A DNA stretch of 64,000 nucleotides, taken from NCBI GenBank assembly GCA_004431415.1, contig QPMI01000502.1, forward strand, positions 202,771 to 266,770, given 5' to 3'. A program made the translations under genes and the position numbers. The notes under the pieces were generated by a model. That model worked only from the letters and a program-made list of their open reading frames with translations. It made no database searches and was not told where the DNA came from. Numbering within the stretch: the first letter of the stretch is position 1; each line of letters begins with the position of its first letter. The stretch is from Cyanophora paradoxa CCMP329 (Eukaryota; Plantae; Glaucophyta). This document shows, one piece after another, positions 11,015 through 23,198 of the stretch.

Positions 11015-14000
11015 AGCTCCCACCACTACTTATATGCAGAAAGCAGTCATACAGAAAACGCATTGCCAGCAAAAAATGCATGTGCGCGAAGGCAGCGCAG
11101 CCCTATCAATAGCTAGCATTGAGAAAACGAGTTGCAGCTGCTGCCCCCTACCTCTGAGCCATACTCCCGAAAACAGCGAGCTCCTGACCCGCTGCCCTGC
11201 TAGCAGGACAATCGCTGGTCGCTGCGAGCACGCGAGTGTCAAAAACGAGCTGTGCGCCTCGGCAAGTAGAGGGAGCAGCGCTAGCAGACCGGCTCAGACG
11301 TAAAGTGATGCAACCCGCACAAGGTCATGCGGCACCTCGCGGCGCTCGTTGCGCTGTGCGCGTCGCGGTCAGCGAACGCTCGAACAGAAAGAGACAAGGT
11401 TGGCATGCGCGCGCGCGGCTGTGCACCTCGGCAAAGAGAAGTGGCAGAAGAACGGATCCGGAGTGACAGCGGCACCATCCCCGCCCGTAGCCGAGGGCGA
11501 GGACGAGGCGCTCGCTGCGCTCGGAGCGTCAAGCGAAAGAGGAGAAGAACGCGCGCCTGCGAAAAGACCGCACCCGTCCGAGCTCCCGCAGCAAGAAGTG
11601 CGAGATGCTGGCCGCGCGTGAACGGCACCCGCTGCGCTGCGCGCGTCCCCGGTGTCAGAACAAGATCAAGGCGAGAGTAGCGGAAACAAGAACGAGCACC
11701 TAGCCTGCGGGAGAAGGAGCCAGGCGAGCTGCGAGTGTTGGAAGAGACAGGACCCGGAACCGGGCGAAGCGCGCCGTGTTAGCGAGGCTCGTGCGTTAGC
11801 ATCGTCCGCGAGGTTTCTTGACCAGCGGGACCGCTTCCCGCCCGGCCGCCAAGAGTGCCAGCGAGCAAGTCGCGGCCGCCACTTGGCCGTGCTCGCGGGG
11901 CTCGGTCGTGCGTGTTCCCTGACATGCAAGCGGGATGAGCGATCGAAGGAAACAGACGGAAACCAGAAACACCTTGCTTCGCATCGGCAGGGGCCTCGCC
12001 TTTCTGCGCGGGCCTGTCAAAGCAACATAAGCTGACCGGCGGCGGCCGGGCAACGAGTAGAGATTAAGGGCGGAAGGAGGTCGAAAACGACGCGTTCGAG
12101 AGCGTTCGCGGCCGCGGCCGAACCCAGCAGCAGGGGCAGCGACAGTCTGCGTTTGAAATCAGACCCAGCACGAGCCGGGCGAGAGCCTCAAGGCGCAAGA
12201 GGTGCATCGTTCTCTCTCAAAGTGGCCGCGTTCGCTGCGGCAACAGCACCGCTGCTCGGCCTGTTCGCAGAGTCAGGGAGTCCGGCTGCGCGGCGAAGCC
12301 CAGAACCGACGCACCGAGCCGCCGTGCTGCCAGGAGTTGCAACTATCTGGCAAGGCCGTCTGCCGCCGCGAGGGCCAGCCGACGCAGTCACCGCGGCCGG
12401 TCGCCGGTCGGCAAGTTGGGACCCGGGGTACGACAACGAATTCCCTTGGAGACCGGCCTAGGCCTAGGCCTAGGTCTGGTCATGTGCGTTCCTCGCTTCG
12501 ATCCGCCTTCCAATGCATCGAACCCTCTCTATAAGGAGCAGTTCATGACGTGGCACGCATTGCTGGTGCTCGTGCAGCTTAATGAGTCACAGCCCCCCCC
12601 TTGGCAAAAAAAGGTGCTAGCGCCTAATGGCTTTAGATCTAAACTCGGATTGTTTCAAAATCAGAGAGAGGACCCTCGAAAGCTTTGACGACTTCATTTT
12701 GACGGTAATCAGCAATTCCAGGAATGACTTCTTTCAGTACTGAAGAGAAGATGAGCTGTTCATCAAGTCACCAGACTGTGCTCATGATGTGCTCAGTGAG
12801 ACACATGAAGGTGCACCGACGTTCCGGGAATCGGCAGACCGGACAAAAAATTTATTCCTGTAATCTGGAAGTTAAGGGCTTTCTAAAGAGGTATTTAGCG
12901 TGTCTTGAGTCGATGCTGGCAACCCGTGAGAGCATTGCATGTTTCAACCATGGCCCCTGCATGATCTCAGCGAAAACTCGTATTGGGCCTTCCGAAAGCG
13001 GCTTTAAATCACTCATATAATCAATACCTTACTTCAGGAGTGCTTGAGATCATATGGATGCGCTTCTGCAGAGACTGATTTGGTCATTTTCACTTTTTTG
13101 CCCCCCCTTGATTTCAGCCACAAGAGAGTGCGTTCAGAGGGTCAAGAGTCACAGCTTAGTGCTGAAACAATTACTATGTGCCTAAATACAACCAAACGAA
13201 GCATTCGCTTCACTGTTCGCACATGTAGCAGCCCGAAATGCATTTTTCAAGGAAATTCGACGATAATGGCCGTCATTCCTTCCCCCCCCCTTTTTTTTAC
13301 GGACGATACCCAGCGGTGCCAGCTGCAGCTGCTGCGCTTGCGCCCTTGGCCTCAAGTTCGCTCGGCTGGCTGCAGTGCAGAGTCTGCAGCTCCTCAGCTT
13401 CCCACTCCAGCTCCCTTCGTGCTCGGGCCAGATGCGCGTCGCACCTCGCAGACTTGGCGGCCGCTCGTGGCACGCAGCGCGCGGCTATTTCGCCAGCCAG
13501 AGGGTGTTGCCGCAGGACTGGCCTCCGCCTTGACTGCATCCGCGCGCCCCGCGCGCTGACTTGCTTGTTCCCAACCGCCCGTACTCGCCGTGCTCGCCAA
13601 GTTCCTCGCCTACCTGTCCGGTTACTCGCCGTACGTCTCACTCACGCCCGCAGATCGCCGTCTCTGACCCGCGGCCTGTTAGGAGCGTTCAACGCGTCGA
13701 CGGTTGGGCGGCACGCTGGCCGCCGCTGACTTCGAGCTCTCGCACGCTTCCATGCGCGAAGCGTTCCTCTAAGATGGGCCCGGCCCGCAGTGCATGTGGG
13801 TCTGGACTCGCCGGGCGCTGCGTGCGCGCGGAACGACGCCGAACTCCCGATTGGCGGTTGTCTCGGGTGCGCCTCCCAAGCATAGCTTGGGGCCAGCGGC
13901 GCGCGAATGCATAGCTGACGATGCGCAGGACGTAACCCGGCGCGGCCTTCGGCGGCGCGGCTCGCCGCACGGGGCAGCAGCGGACGGCGGCGGCACGGCT

Positions 14001-14336
14001 CGCGGGACGGGGCGGCGGCGCGGCGGGCGGCGGCGCGGCTCGCGGGACGGAGCGGCGGCGCAGCGGGCAGCGGGGCGGCTCGCGGAACGGGCGGCGGCCG
14101 GCAAGCCGCGTCGCCGCCCGCTGCGCCGCCGTCCCAGCGAGCCGCCCCGCCGCCCGCCGCCGACACCCGCCGCGAAAGGAGTCCCGCACCCGGGCGGGGC
14201 GGGGCGGAGCTGCGTGGCTTGGCCGGGCCGGGGCGCCGGCCGGGCGCCGGCGCAGGGGGCGCCGGTGCGGCTTGCTGTACGGGGCGGAGGCCCGGCGGGC
14301 GGCGGCGCGGCTCGCTGGACGGGGCAGGGGCGCCGC
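11015..14336 (+). repeat. Left arm of ~3.3-kb inverted repeat
   Basis: Near-identical reverse complement of 15137-18447. The ORF track mirrors itself (12153..12461+ vs 17014..17322-; 13238..13729+ vs 15745..16236-). Confidence 0.95.
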
Positions 14337-15136
14337 AGTCGGCTCGCTGTACGGGGCGGAGGCGCGGCGGGCGGCGGCGCGGCTCGCCGGACGGGGCGGA
14401 GTGCAGGCTCGGCATGTTGCGGCGTGGCTCGCGCCTTGCCGGGGCGGGGTGGAGTCTCGGCATTTGGCAGCAAGATAGGGCTAAGGCGGAACGCCGGCGG
14501 CCGCGGGCGGCGGCGGAGTGTGCCCATTCTTCATACCCCGTGGCGGCGGAGCGTGCCCATTCTTCATACGTGCCTTTAATTTATGTATATAGCTAGATCT
14601 TGCTCAAGCTTGTTTGTTAGTTCGGCAGCGAATTCGAAGCAACAAGCATGTACATGGGCTGAGCTAAAAGAGAGCTTGGAAAATTCCCCCTGGCATGCAA
14701 AACTAGCTTTAGCTAAAACAAGCTGCCCATGGCATACAACGTTAACAATAGCTGCATTGGAGCTGTGCGGAGAGAGCAACGCCGCTGCCTGCCACGCCGC
14801 AGCTCCGTCCCGCGAGCCGCGCCACTGCCGACCACGCTGCAACGCCGTCCAGCACGCGTCCGCCCCGACTGGGCGAGCCGTGCCGCCGCCCGCCGCGCCT
14901 CCGGCGCATCCCGCGAGCCGGCCCGCCGCCGTCTGCTGCTGCCCGGCCTTGCAGTACGCCTCGTTCCCGTTCCCTCGTTCGAGCCGCGCCGCCGCCCGGA
15001 GGGGGTCTGCCCGCCGCGCCTCCGCCCCGCCCTCAGAGCCGCACCGCCGCCCGCCGCGCCTCTACTCCGCCCTCCGCCGCCGCCCGCCGCGTCCTGGCAA
15101 GCCGCGCCGCCGCCTGCCGCCGCCCGCGGCGCCGCC

Positions 15137-18100
15137 GCGGCGCCCCTGCCCCGTCCAGCGAGCCGCGCCGCCGCCCGCCGGGCCTCCGCCCCGTACAGCG
15201 AGCCGCACCGGCGCCCCCTGCGCCGGCGCCCGGCCGGCGCCCCGGCCCGGCCAAGCCACGCAGCTCCGCCCCGCCCCGCCCGGGTGCGGGACTCCTTTCG
15301 CGGCGGGTGTCGGCGGCGGGCGGCGGGGCGGCTCGCTGGGGCGGCGGCGCAGCGGGCGGCGACGCGGCTTGCCGGCCGCCGTCCCGTTCCGCGAGCCGCC
15401 CAGCTGCCCGCTGCGCCGCCGCTCCGTCCCGCGAGCCGCGCCGCCGCCCGCCGCGCCGCCGCCCCGTCCCGCGAGCCGTGCCGCCGCCGTCCGCTGCTGC
15501 CCCGTGCGGCGAGCCGCGCCGCCGAAGGCCGCGCCGGGTTACGTCCTGCGCATCGTCAGCTATGCATTCGCGCGCCGCTGGCCCCAAGCTATGCTTGGGA
15601 GGCGCACCCGAGACGACCGCCAATCGGGAGTTCGGCGTCGTTCCGCGCGCACGCAGCGCCCGGCGAGTCCAGACCCACATGCACTGCGGGCCGGGCCCAT
15701 CTTAGAGGAACGCTTCGCGCACGGAAGCGTGCGAGAGCTCGAAGTCAGCGGCGGCCAGCGTGCCGCCCAACCGTCGACGCGTTGAACGCTCCTAACAGGC
15801 CGCGGGTCAGAGACGGCGATCTGCGGACGTGAGTGAGACGTACGGCGAGTAACCGGACAGGTAGGCGAGGAACTTGGCGAGCACGGCGAGTACGGGCGGT
15901 TGGGAACAAGCAAGTCAGCGCGCGGGGCGCGCGGATGCAGTCAAGGCGGAGGCCAGTCCTGCGGCAACACCCTCTGGCTGGCGAAATAGCCGCGCGCTGC
16001 GTGCCACGAGCGGCCGCCAAGTCTGCGAGGTGCGACGCGCATCTGGCCCGAGCACGAAGGGAGCTGGAGTGGGAAGCTGAGGAGCTGCAGACTCTGCACT
16101 GCAGCCAGCCGAGCGAACTTGAGGCCAAGGGCGCAAGCGCAGCAGCTGCAGCTGGCACCGCTGGGTATCGTCCGTAAAAAAAAGGGGGGGGGAAGGAATG
16201 ACGGCCATTATCGTCGAATTTCCTTGAAAAATGCATTTCGGGCTGCTACATGTGCGAACAGTGAAGCGAATGCTTCGTTTGGTTGTATTTAGGCACATAG
16301 TAATTGTTTCAGCACTAAGCTGTGACTCTTGACCCTCTGAACGCACTCTCTTGTGGCTGAAATCAAGGGGGGGCAGAAAAGTGAAAATGACCAAATTAGT
16401 CTCTGCAGAAGCGCATCCATATTATCTCAAGCACTCCTGAAGTAAGGTATTGATTATAAGAGTGATTTGAAGCCGCTTTCGGAAGGCCCAATACGAGTTT
16501 TCGCTGAGATCATGCAGGGGCCATGGTTGAAACATGCAATGCTCTCACGGGTTGCCAGCATCGACTCAAGACACGCTAAATACCTCTTTAGAAAGCCCTT
16601 AACTTCCAGATTACAGGAATAAATTTTTTGTCCGGTCTGCCGATTCCCGGAACGTCGGTGCACCTTCATGTGTCTCACTGAGCACATCATGAGCACAGTC
16701 TGGTGACTTGATGAACAGCTCATCTTCTCTTCAGTACTGAAAGAAGTCATTCCTGGAATTGCTGATTACCGTCAAAATGAAGTCGTCAAAGCTTTCGAGG
16801 GTCCTCTCTCTGATTTTGAAACAATCCGAGTTTAGATCTAAAGCCATTAGGCGTTAGCACCTTTTTTTGCCAAGGGGGGGGCCTGTGACTCATTAAGCTG
16901 CACGAGCACCAGCAATGCGTGCCACGTCATGAACTGCTCCTTATAGAGAGGGTTTGATGCATTGGAAGGCGGATCGAAGCGAGGAACGCACATGACCAGA
17001 CCTAGGCCTAGGCCTAGGCCGGTCTCCAAGGGAATTCGTTGTCGTACCCCGGGTCCCAACTTGCCGACCGGCGACCGGCCGCGGTGACTGCGTCGGCTGG
17101 CCCTCGCGGCGGCAGACGGCCTTGCCAGATAGTTGCAACTCCTGGCAGCACGGCGGCTCGGTGCGTCGGTTCTGGGCTTCGCCGCGCAGCCGGACTCCCT
17201 GACTCTGCGAACAGGCCGAGCAGCGGTGCTGTTGCCGCAGCGAACGCGGCCACTTTGAGAGAGAACGATGCACCTCTTGCGCCTTGAGGCTCTCGCCCGG
17301 CTCGTGCTGGGTCTGATTTCAAACGCAGACTGTCGCTGCCCCTGCTGCTGGGTTCGGCCGCGGCCGCGAACGCTCTCGAACGCGTCGTTTTCGACCTCCT
17401 TCCGCCCTTAATCTCTACTCGTTGCCCGGCCGCCGCCGGTCAGCTTATGTTGCTTTGACAGGCCCGCGCAGAAAGGCGAGGCCCCTGCCGATGCGAAGCA
17501 AGGTGTTTCTGGTTTCCGTCTGTTTCCTTCGATCGCTCATCCCGCTTGCATGTCAGGGAACACGCACGACCGAGCCCCGCGAGCACGGCCAAGTGGCGGC
17601 CGCGACTTGCTCGCTGGCACTCTTGGCGGCCGGGCGGGAAGCGGTCCCGCTGGTCAAGAAACCTCGCGGACGATGCTAACGCACGAGCCTCGCTAACACG
17701 GCGCGCTTCGCCCGGTTCCGGGTCCTGTCTCTTCCAACACTCGCAGCTCGCCTGGCTCCTTCTCCCGCAGGCTAGGTGCTCGTTCTTGTTTCCGCTACTC
17801 TCGCCTTGATCTTGTTCTGACACCGGGGACGCGCGCAGCGCAGCGGGTGCCGTTCACGCGCGGCCAGCATCTCGCACTTCTTGCTGCGGGAGCTCGGACG
17901 GGTGCGGTCTTTTCGCAGGCGCGCGTTCTTCTCCTCTTTCGCTTGACGCTCCGAGCGCAGCGAGCGCCTCGTCCTCGCTCGGCTACGGGCGGGGATGGTG
18001 CCGCTGTCACTCCGGATCCGTTCTTCTGCCACTTCTCTTTGCCGAGGTGCACAGCCGCGCGCGCGCATGCCAACCTTGTATCTTTCTGTTCGAGCGTTTG

Positions 18101-18447
18101 CTGACCGCGACGCGCACAGCGCAACGAGCGCCGCGAGGTGCCGCATGACCTTGTGCGGGTTGCGTCGCTTCACGTCTGATCCGGTCTGCTAGCGCTGCTC
18201 CCTTCACTTGCCGAGGCGCACAGCTCGTTTTTGACACTCGCGTGCTCGCAGCTATCGTGCTGCTAGCCGGGCGGCGGGTCAGGAGCTCGCTGTTTTCGGG
18301 AGTATGGCTCAGAGGTAGGGGGCAGCAGCTGCAACTCGTTTTCTCGGTGCTAGCTATTGACAGGGCTGCGCTGCCTGCGCGCGCATTCATTTTTTGCTGG
18401 CAATGCGTTTCTTTAATTTCTGCTTTCTGTATATAGTGGTGAGAGCT
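15137..18447 (-). repeat. Right arm of ~3.3-kb inverted repeat
   Basis: Reverse complement of 11015-14336, separated by an ~800-bp spacer (14337-15136). Confidence 0.95.
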
Positions 18448-18979
18448 ACTTAGAAGTTACTTAGCTTTCTGCTTTCTGCTTTCTGCTCGGCACTTAGAAG
18501 CCGTCGCCGCAGGCCCTGCGCCGCGGCGCTCACTAGAGCTAGGCCGCATCCTAACGATAGCTATAGCTATAGCTTTCTTGCTGGGGCCGCTCCCGTTCGT
18601 AGGATTGGTATATATATTGGTGTATTTAGCTGCAGCCGGCCTTCTATGGTGCTTGGCGGCCGGCCTTTTCCGGTGCTAGATGTGTGATTGGCAGGAAGAA
18701 AAGTCTTAGGGAGAGCGTTTTCACTTTTTCAGAAAGGAGAGATATCGATCGAACAGACCTGCTACAATTTGTTAGCAAGCAGCCTGAGGCTCAGTGGAGA
18801 TCAGCTGTAGGTTTTGCTACTATATATACGCATACATGCGCACTGCAAAGGATGGGCGCTAGCGTATAGCGCTCGAGCTCGTGCCCGGCCCGGAGGCGCG
18901 CCGGCGCCCACCGCGCAAATTAAAATTATAATTATGTAGATTTATTCTAATAAACATCTTCAATTAATAAATTATACTC

Positions 18980-19195
18980 CTGTGTTTACCCGTGCAATCG
19001 CTGTTTACCCATGTTCACCCATGTTTACCCATGTTCCCTGTGCCTACCCATGTCAGCCTGTGCCCACCCATGCCGACCTGTGCCTTCCTTGTGCTTTTCT
19101 GTGCAACCTGTGCTTTCCTGTGTTCTTCCGTGCTTTTCTGTGCTATGCCGTGCTTTCCCGTGCTATGCTGTGCTTTTCTGTGCGATTCTGTGTCA
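18980..19195 (+). repeat. Right subterminal ~10-bp-period minisatellite of the same family, same orientation as the left array
   Basis: ctgtgtttacccgtgcaatc..cccatgttccctgtgcctacccatg..ttttctgtgc, preceded by an AT-rich block at ~18918-18978. Confidence 0.85.
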
Positions 19196-20194
19196 AATTT
19201 ACACCGGAGAAGGTTTCTGCAAGGTAGACGCAATTGCACAAGCCGGCCGCGGCCGCACTTGGCCGCGGCCGGCTATGCCACTGGCAATTGCAACAAGCCG
19301 ACGCCCGCGCGGCGCGCGCGCCGCGCGACGCAGAGCCGTCACGGCGTAAGGACCCTCCGGCCGCTTTCTGAGCGGAGCGTGAGCAGTGACGCACCCGCAG
19401 CACATGCGCACTCGTGCACCCGCCACGCCTCACGTGCACGCGCGCGACGGCAGCGGGGCATGCGCAGCCTGGCAGCTGCAGGAGCTCGAGCACGTCCAGA
19501 CAAGGTTCCCTCCCCCGCCCCTGGCCCGGGGCCCGCGCCCTACATAGCTCTGGCCCGGGCCCGGGGCCTACCTCTAGAGGACAGCTCGCCTCGATCGCGA
19601 GGACAGCTCGCCTGGCCATGGCATGGCCAGCCTCGGAGCCGGCCCGGCGGCTCGCCCGAGCTCAAGGTTAAATGCCCTTCCCCGGACCCAACTGACGCGC
19701 GCGGCAAGTCAGTGGCCCTGTATGCCTGCCACAAGCAGCCTTGCTTCTAAGCAATTCTAAGCCAAGTCTGATCATGAAGTGAAGGTCAGGATTCGCGTAG
19801 GCGAAGCAGCGAAGACAGACACATGGCTCGTCGCACGCAGGACAGTGCAAGCTGCAAAGGGAAAAAGGGGCATCAGACAAGGGGTACAGAAAATATAGCT
19901 GGGTACACGTGTACATGTAGGGTATAAGGTTAGGCTAATTTGCAACAAAAGGGGTAAGCTAATTTGCAACAAAAGGGGTACGAGAAGAGCTGCTGCGAAC
20001 GCAACAGCTAAGTACTACATGCCGACACAGACGCTGCGAACGCAGCAGACAGCAAGGGTACACAAAACAAGGCTAGTTTGCAACACGTGCGTGTACAGAC
20101 AGCGTCAGGCGCAGCTTGCACTGGCCCAGAGCGACATAGCCAGCACCGGCGAAGCCGGCACACGCGAAAGAAGACACTAAGACAAAAAGAACAG

Positions 20195-21192
20195 CTAGCT
20201 GCGCCGCGACGAGAGGGGCGTAGAAGCCTGCTGGCGACACGACAATGGAGGCACGTAGCGAGAACCAGGGCTTGCCATCAACGCAGCCAGAGGCGGGCGC
20301 TCAGAAGAATCGATGTAGCGACGATACACGTCAGACAAGAGCGACCAGCGGCCAACTGCTTGCACAAGCTCCTCGGGCACATGTACACCAGCAGCCGCTA
20401 GCGCCGTAGCACCACCGCGACGAAGCCCATGAGGCGTGATCCCCGTCGCATCTAAGCCAGCAGCCTCAAAGGCAAAGCGAAGCACGTATGCAACGGAGGC
20501 GGGCGCGAGGGGCCGCGAAGGTCGGAAGAGTTGACCAAACAACGGCGCCTCCGGCTCGAGGTCTTGGATGGTGCGCCAATAAGCTCGAAACCAGCGAACC
20601 GGACAGATCACTGACTGCGCGACAGTGCCCAGCACAACTTGAGCGCCTTGGCGAGCGCGATCGGTCTTGGAGCCGACGATGAAGACAACGACGCGATCCG
20701 CACGGATCTGGATGTCTTGACGACGCAGAGCAACGAGTTCACCACGACGGAGCAAGCCAAAGAAGCCAGTAAGCAACATGACGAAGGCCCGCAAGAGCTT
20801 AGCTGACGGAGCTTTCAGATAAGCACGAGCGATCGCCTCCAAATGCACAGCCGTGACGATCTTGGACTGCTTGGCCCGACGACCACACAAACGAACAATT
20901 CCTTGCAGCGCTTGTTGAACCAGAGGGTGCGCGAACGCCGTTGCAGGCTGTAGGCGCAGGCCAGTCTGATGAACCAATGCAGAGTAGCATTGCTTGACAG
21001 CAGAAACGCTGAACTCCTCGTCCGCCAGCGCAACAAGCATCGTAGCCAGACCAGATGGCTCGGGGGGCCAGATGCGGAAGCCATGAACCGCACAATGACC
21101 TTCGTATAGTTGCACCCAACGATTGTATATGCCACGAGTGCCATCACCGATGGCGTTCTCCCTGTAGTAATGGACACGCTGGAGCAGCACAT
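20195..21192 (-). CDS. Tyrosine recombinase (phage-integrase family) of DIRS-like copy 1
   Basis: Catalytic residues present: GLLRRGE (R), SKTD (K), HGLRRGG (HxLR), GRWS (W), VYRRY (Y). No in-frame ATG ahead of the conserved start; a candidate acceptor CTGAC..TTTGCTGCAG ends at 21193. Confidence 0.92.
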
Positions 21193-21287
21193 CTGCAGCA
21201 AATGCAATGTCAGGCAAGCTGCGTACGAGGACTAAGAAGGGGCCCCGGATGCGAAATCGTTATATTTGCAGATGGCTAATTTGTGTG

Positions 21288-23191
21288 CTACTGCCAGGCT
21301 GCGGAAATAGCCACAAGAGACCAAGACGGAAGAACAGGAGAACGAGGGCCTGGCAAGCAGACGGTTGAAGCAGGCCCCAAGTACAACACAGGAGCCTGCC
21401 TTGCCTGCTCAAGCTGGGGCCACCATGGGGCGGAGGGCCAATCAGGTACGACAAAGACTGCAGCTGCTCTGCACTGTCTAACATGAGAGACCACATGCAG
21501 GATCACATTGGGATCCGGAAACACGTAGTTGCGAGCACCAAGCCATGACACAGTGAAGCAATCATGCCCTTCGGCACGGGCATCACGCAAATCTACAGAG
21601 AAATATCGAGAAAGGTGGGCATTGGCAGCTGTGGCCATCCTGTCCACGTCAAAAGGGCCTAAAATGCGGCTGACCATAGCAAAATATACCGGCTTAAGGG
21701 AGTAGTCTGCTGGAAAAAAGTACCTGCTAAGAGCATCTGACCACTCGTTATCTATGCCTGGAATATGCTCGGCCTCAATGCTAACACAACCTATCAAGGC
21801 AATGTCCCAAATCTGACGAGCGATCTCCGTCAAATAAGCATGACGACCGCCACCATTGTTGATATAAGCAACTGTCACAGAGTTGTCCGATCGAACCAAG
21901 ATGTTCTGATTCTGAAGCACAGACTGATAGTGTTGCATAGCCCGTAGCACAGCTTGCAGCTCCCTCCAAGAAGAGATTCGCTGAGATTCCTCACTGTTCC
22001 ACAGGCACTGGAATGGAGGCGGGCCAGGAGCACAGAGCACAGGAGGTACATCACCAATCCACGTGGTAATCCAAGCTCCAGCACCAAGATGACTAGCATC
22101 AGTGGTGAGCACAAGTAGCCGCTCAGGACGAATCGGACAGCGCCCGTTGTACTTGTGTATGTTGGCCAGCCACCACTGGAGCTCAGACCGAGTCTCATCA
22201 GTAATCTGCACAGGATGGTTCCAGTGCCACTCCCGGGCCGCCACATTGATGTAACGGAACAAAGCACGAGTCCGGATGCGAGCTGGAGCAAGCCCTCGAG
22301 CCATGGATGCCAAGGTGCCTGCCACCTTTGCCATATCACGGGCAGACGCTGAGTGTTTGCGTAGGAGCTTGCGGATCAGCTGAAGTAGTCTGCTCAGCTT
22401 GTCGCCAGGAACCTCAAACAACATGAGAGCCGAGTCCACAATGAAGCCCAGGAAAGCCACTGACTGAGATGGGGTAAGCGCTGACTTGCTGTTGACCACC
22501 AACTTAAGCCGTTTAAATGTAGCCAGCACAAAGTCTCGCAGCTTACAGGCCTCTAAGAAAGTAGGAGCCGCAAACCACCAATCGTCCACATAGTTGACAA
22601 CAAAGATGCCCAGTTTCCTGAAATAGTTGACCACTTGCCGCATAATTTTGACGAATGCAAAAGGCGAGTGTCGAAGGCCGAAGGGCAAAACCGTATAGAC
22701 ATAGTACTTGCTGTCAAAAGAGAAGCCCATGTTGCGCCAATCTTGCTCCGCCACTGGCACGTGGTGATAGCCAGACTCTAGGTCAATGGTGAACATGTAC
22801 CACCCTTGACGGAGCATTGCCGCCACATGCTCAAGAGTCTCAAATCGAAATTTCCGATCTGGTAGACCTTGATTGGTGGGTCGACCGTCCCAGATCAAAC
22901 GAAGTTTGGAGCCGGTCTTCTTCGGGACCACGGACAAGGAGCACACAATGTTCACCTCGTGCTGTTGGACTTCACGAATGGCCCCGGTGCGCAAGAGTTT
23001 CTGAATTTCCGTCCGCACAAAATCCCTGTGATCCTCGGCTGCAGACTTGTGATTACGCCGATGCTCCGGTGGCAGATTGCGGGCCCCAGTCAGCGGGAAA
23101 CCGTCACGTATCCATGACAACACCACATAGTTGGCACGAATCTCCTTCCACTGGGACCAGGCCTCACGGATGCAGGACGCCACAAAAGAAC
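21288..23191 (-). CDS. Reverse transcriptase - RNase H - adenine-methyltransferase-like polyprotein of DIRS-like copy 1
   Basis: KLRLIWDGR, IDLESGYHHV, LPFGL, YVDD (RT). TTDAS, RELQAV, SDN, SDALSR (RNase H). DVDRMATAAN..DCF..W..NYVFPDP..VVPDWPSAPWW (DIRS MT-like domain). Uninterrupted ~630 codons. Confidence 0.95.
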
Positions 23192-23198
23192 CTGGTGG

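Larger units (their letters stand above)
10580..19221. mobile_element. Non-autonomous foldback-type TIR element (8.6 kb) with TG..CA ends and 4-bp TSD AGGT
   Basis: Left end TGCCGAAACCTTCTCCTGTG (10580) versus reverse complement of right end TGCAGAAACCTTCTCCGGTG (19221): 18/20 match. AGGT flanks both sides (10576-10579, 19222-19225). Subterminal ~10-bp CTGTG repeats and AT-rich blocks lie inside both ends. Confidence 0.8.

Noticed and set aside
12590-13310. AT-richer insert in each palindrome arm as a nested MITE
   Set aside because: One terminus-like end (..TTTTACGGACGATACCC), but no matching partner end or TSD.
11030-18430. ORFs within the inverted arms as genes
   Set aside because: No recognisable domains or host-like exon/intron pattern. 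The duplicated ORFs only reflect the inversion.
11015-18447. Giant palindrome as an assembly foldback artefact
   Set aside because: The arms carry substitutions and indels and sit inside a TIR/TSD-bounded unit. An artefact is unlikely, though raw reads were not available.
20378-20387. 6-bp in-frame insertion (GVHVPEE vs GVPEE) in copy-1 YR as a transposon excision footprint
   Set aside because: It does not match a clean TA-duplication footprint and cannot be distinguished from an ordinary indel.
20195-23191. Bacterial retron, DGR or prophage integrase module
   Set aside because: The RT has RNase H and MT-like domains in DIRS arrangement and is embedded among spliceosomal-intron genes.
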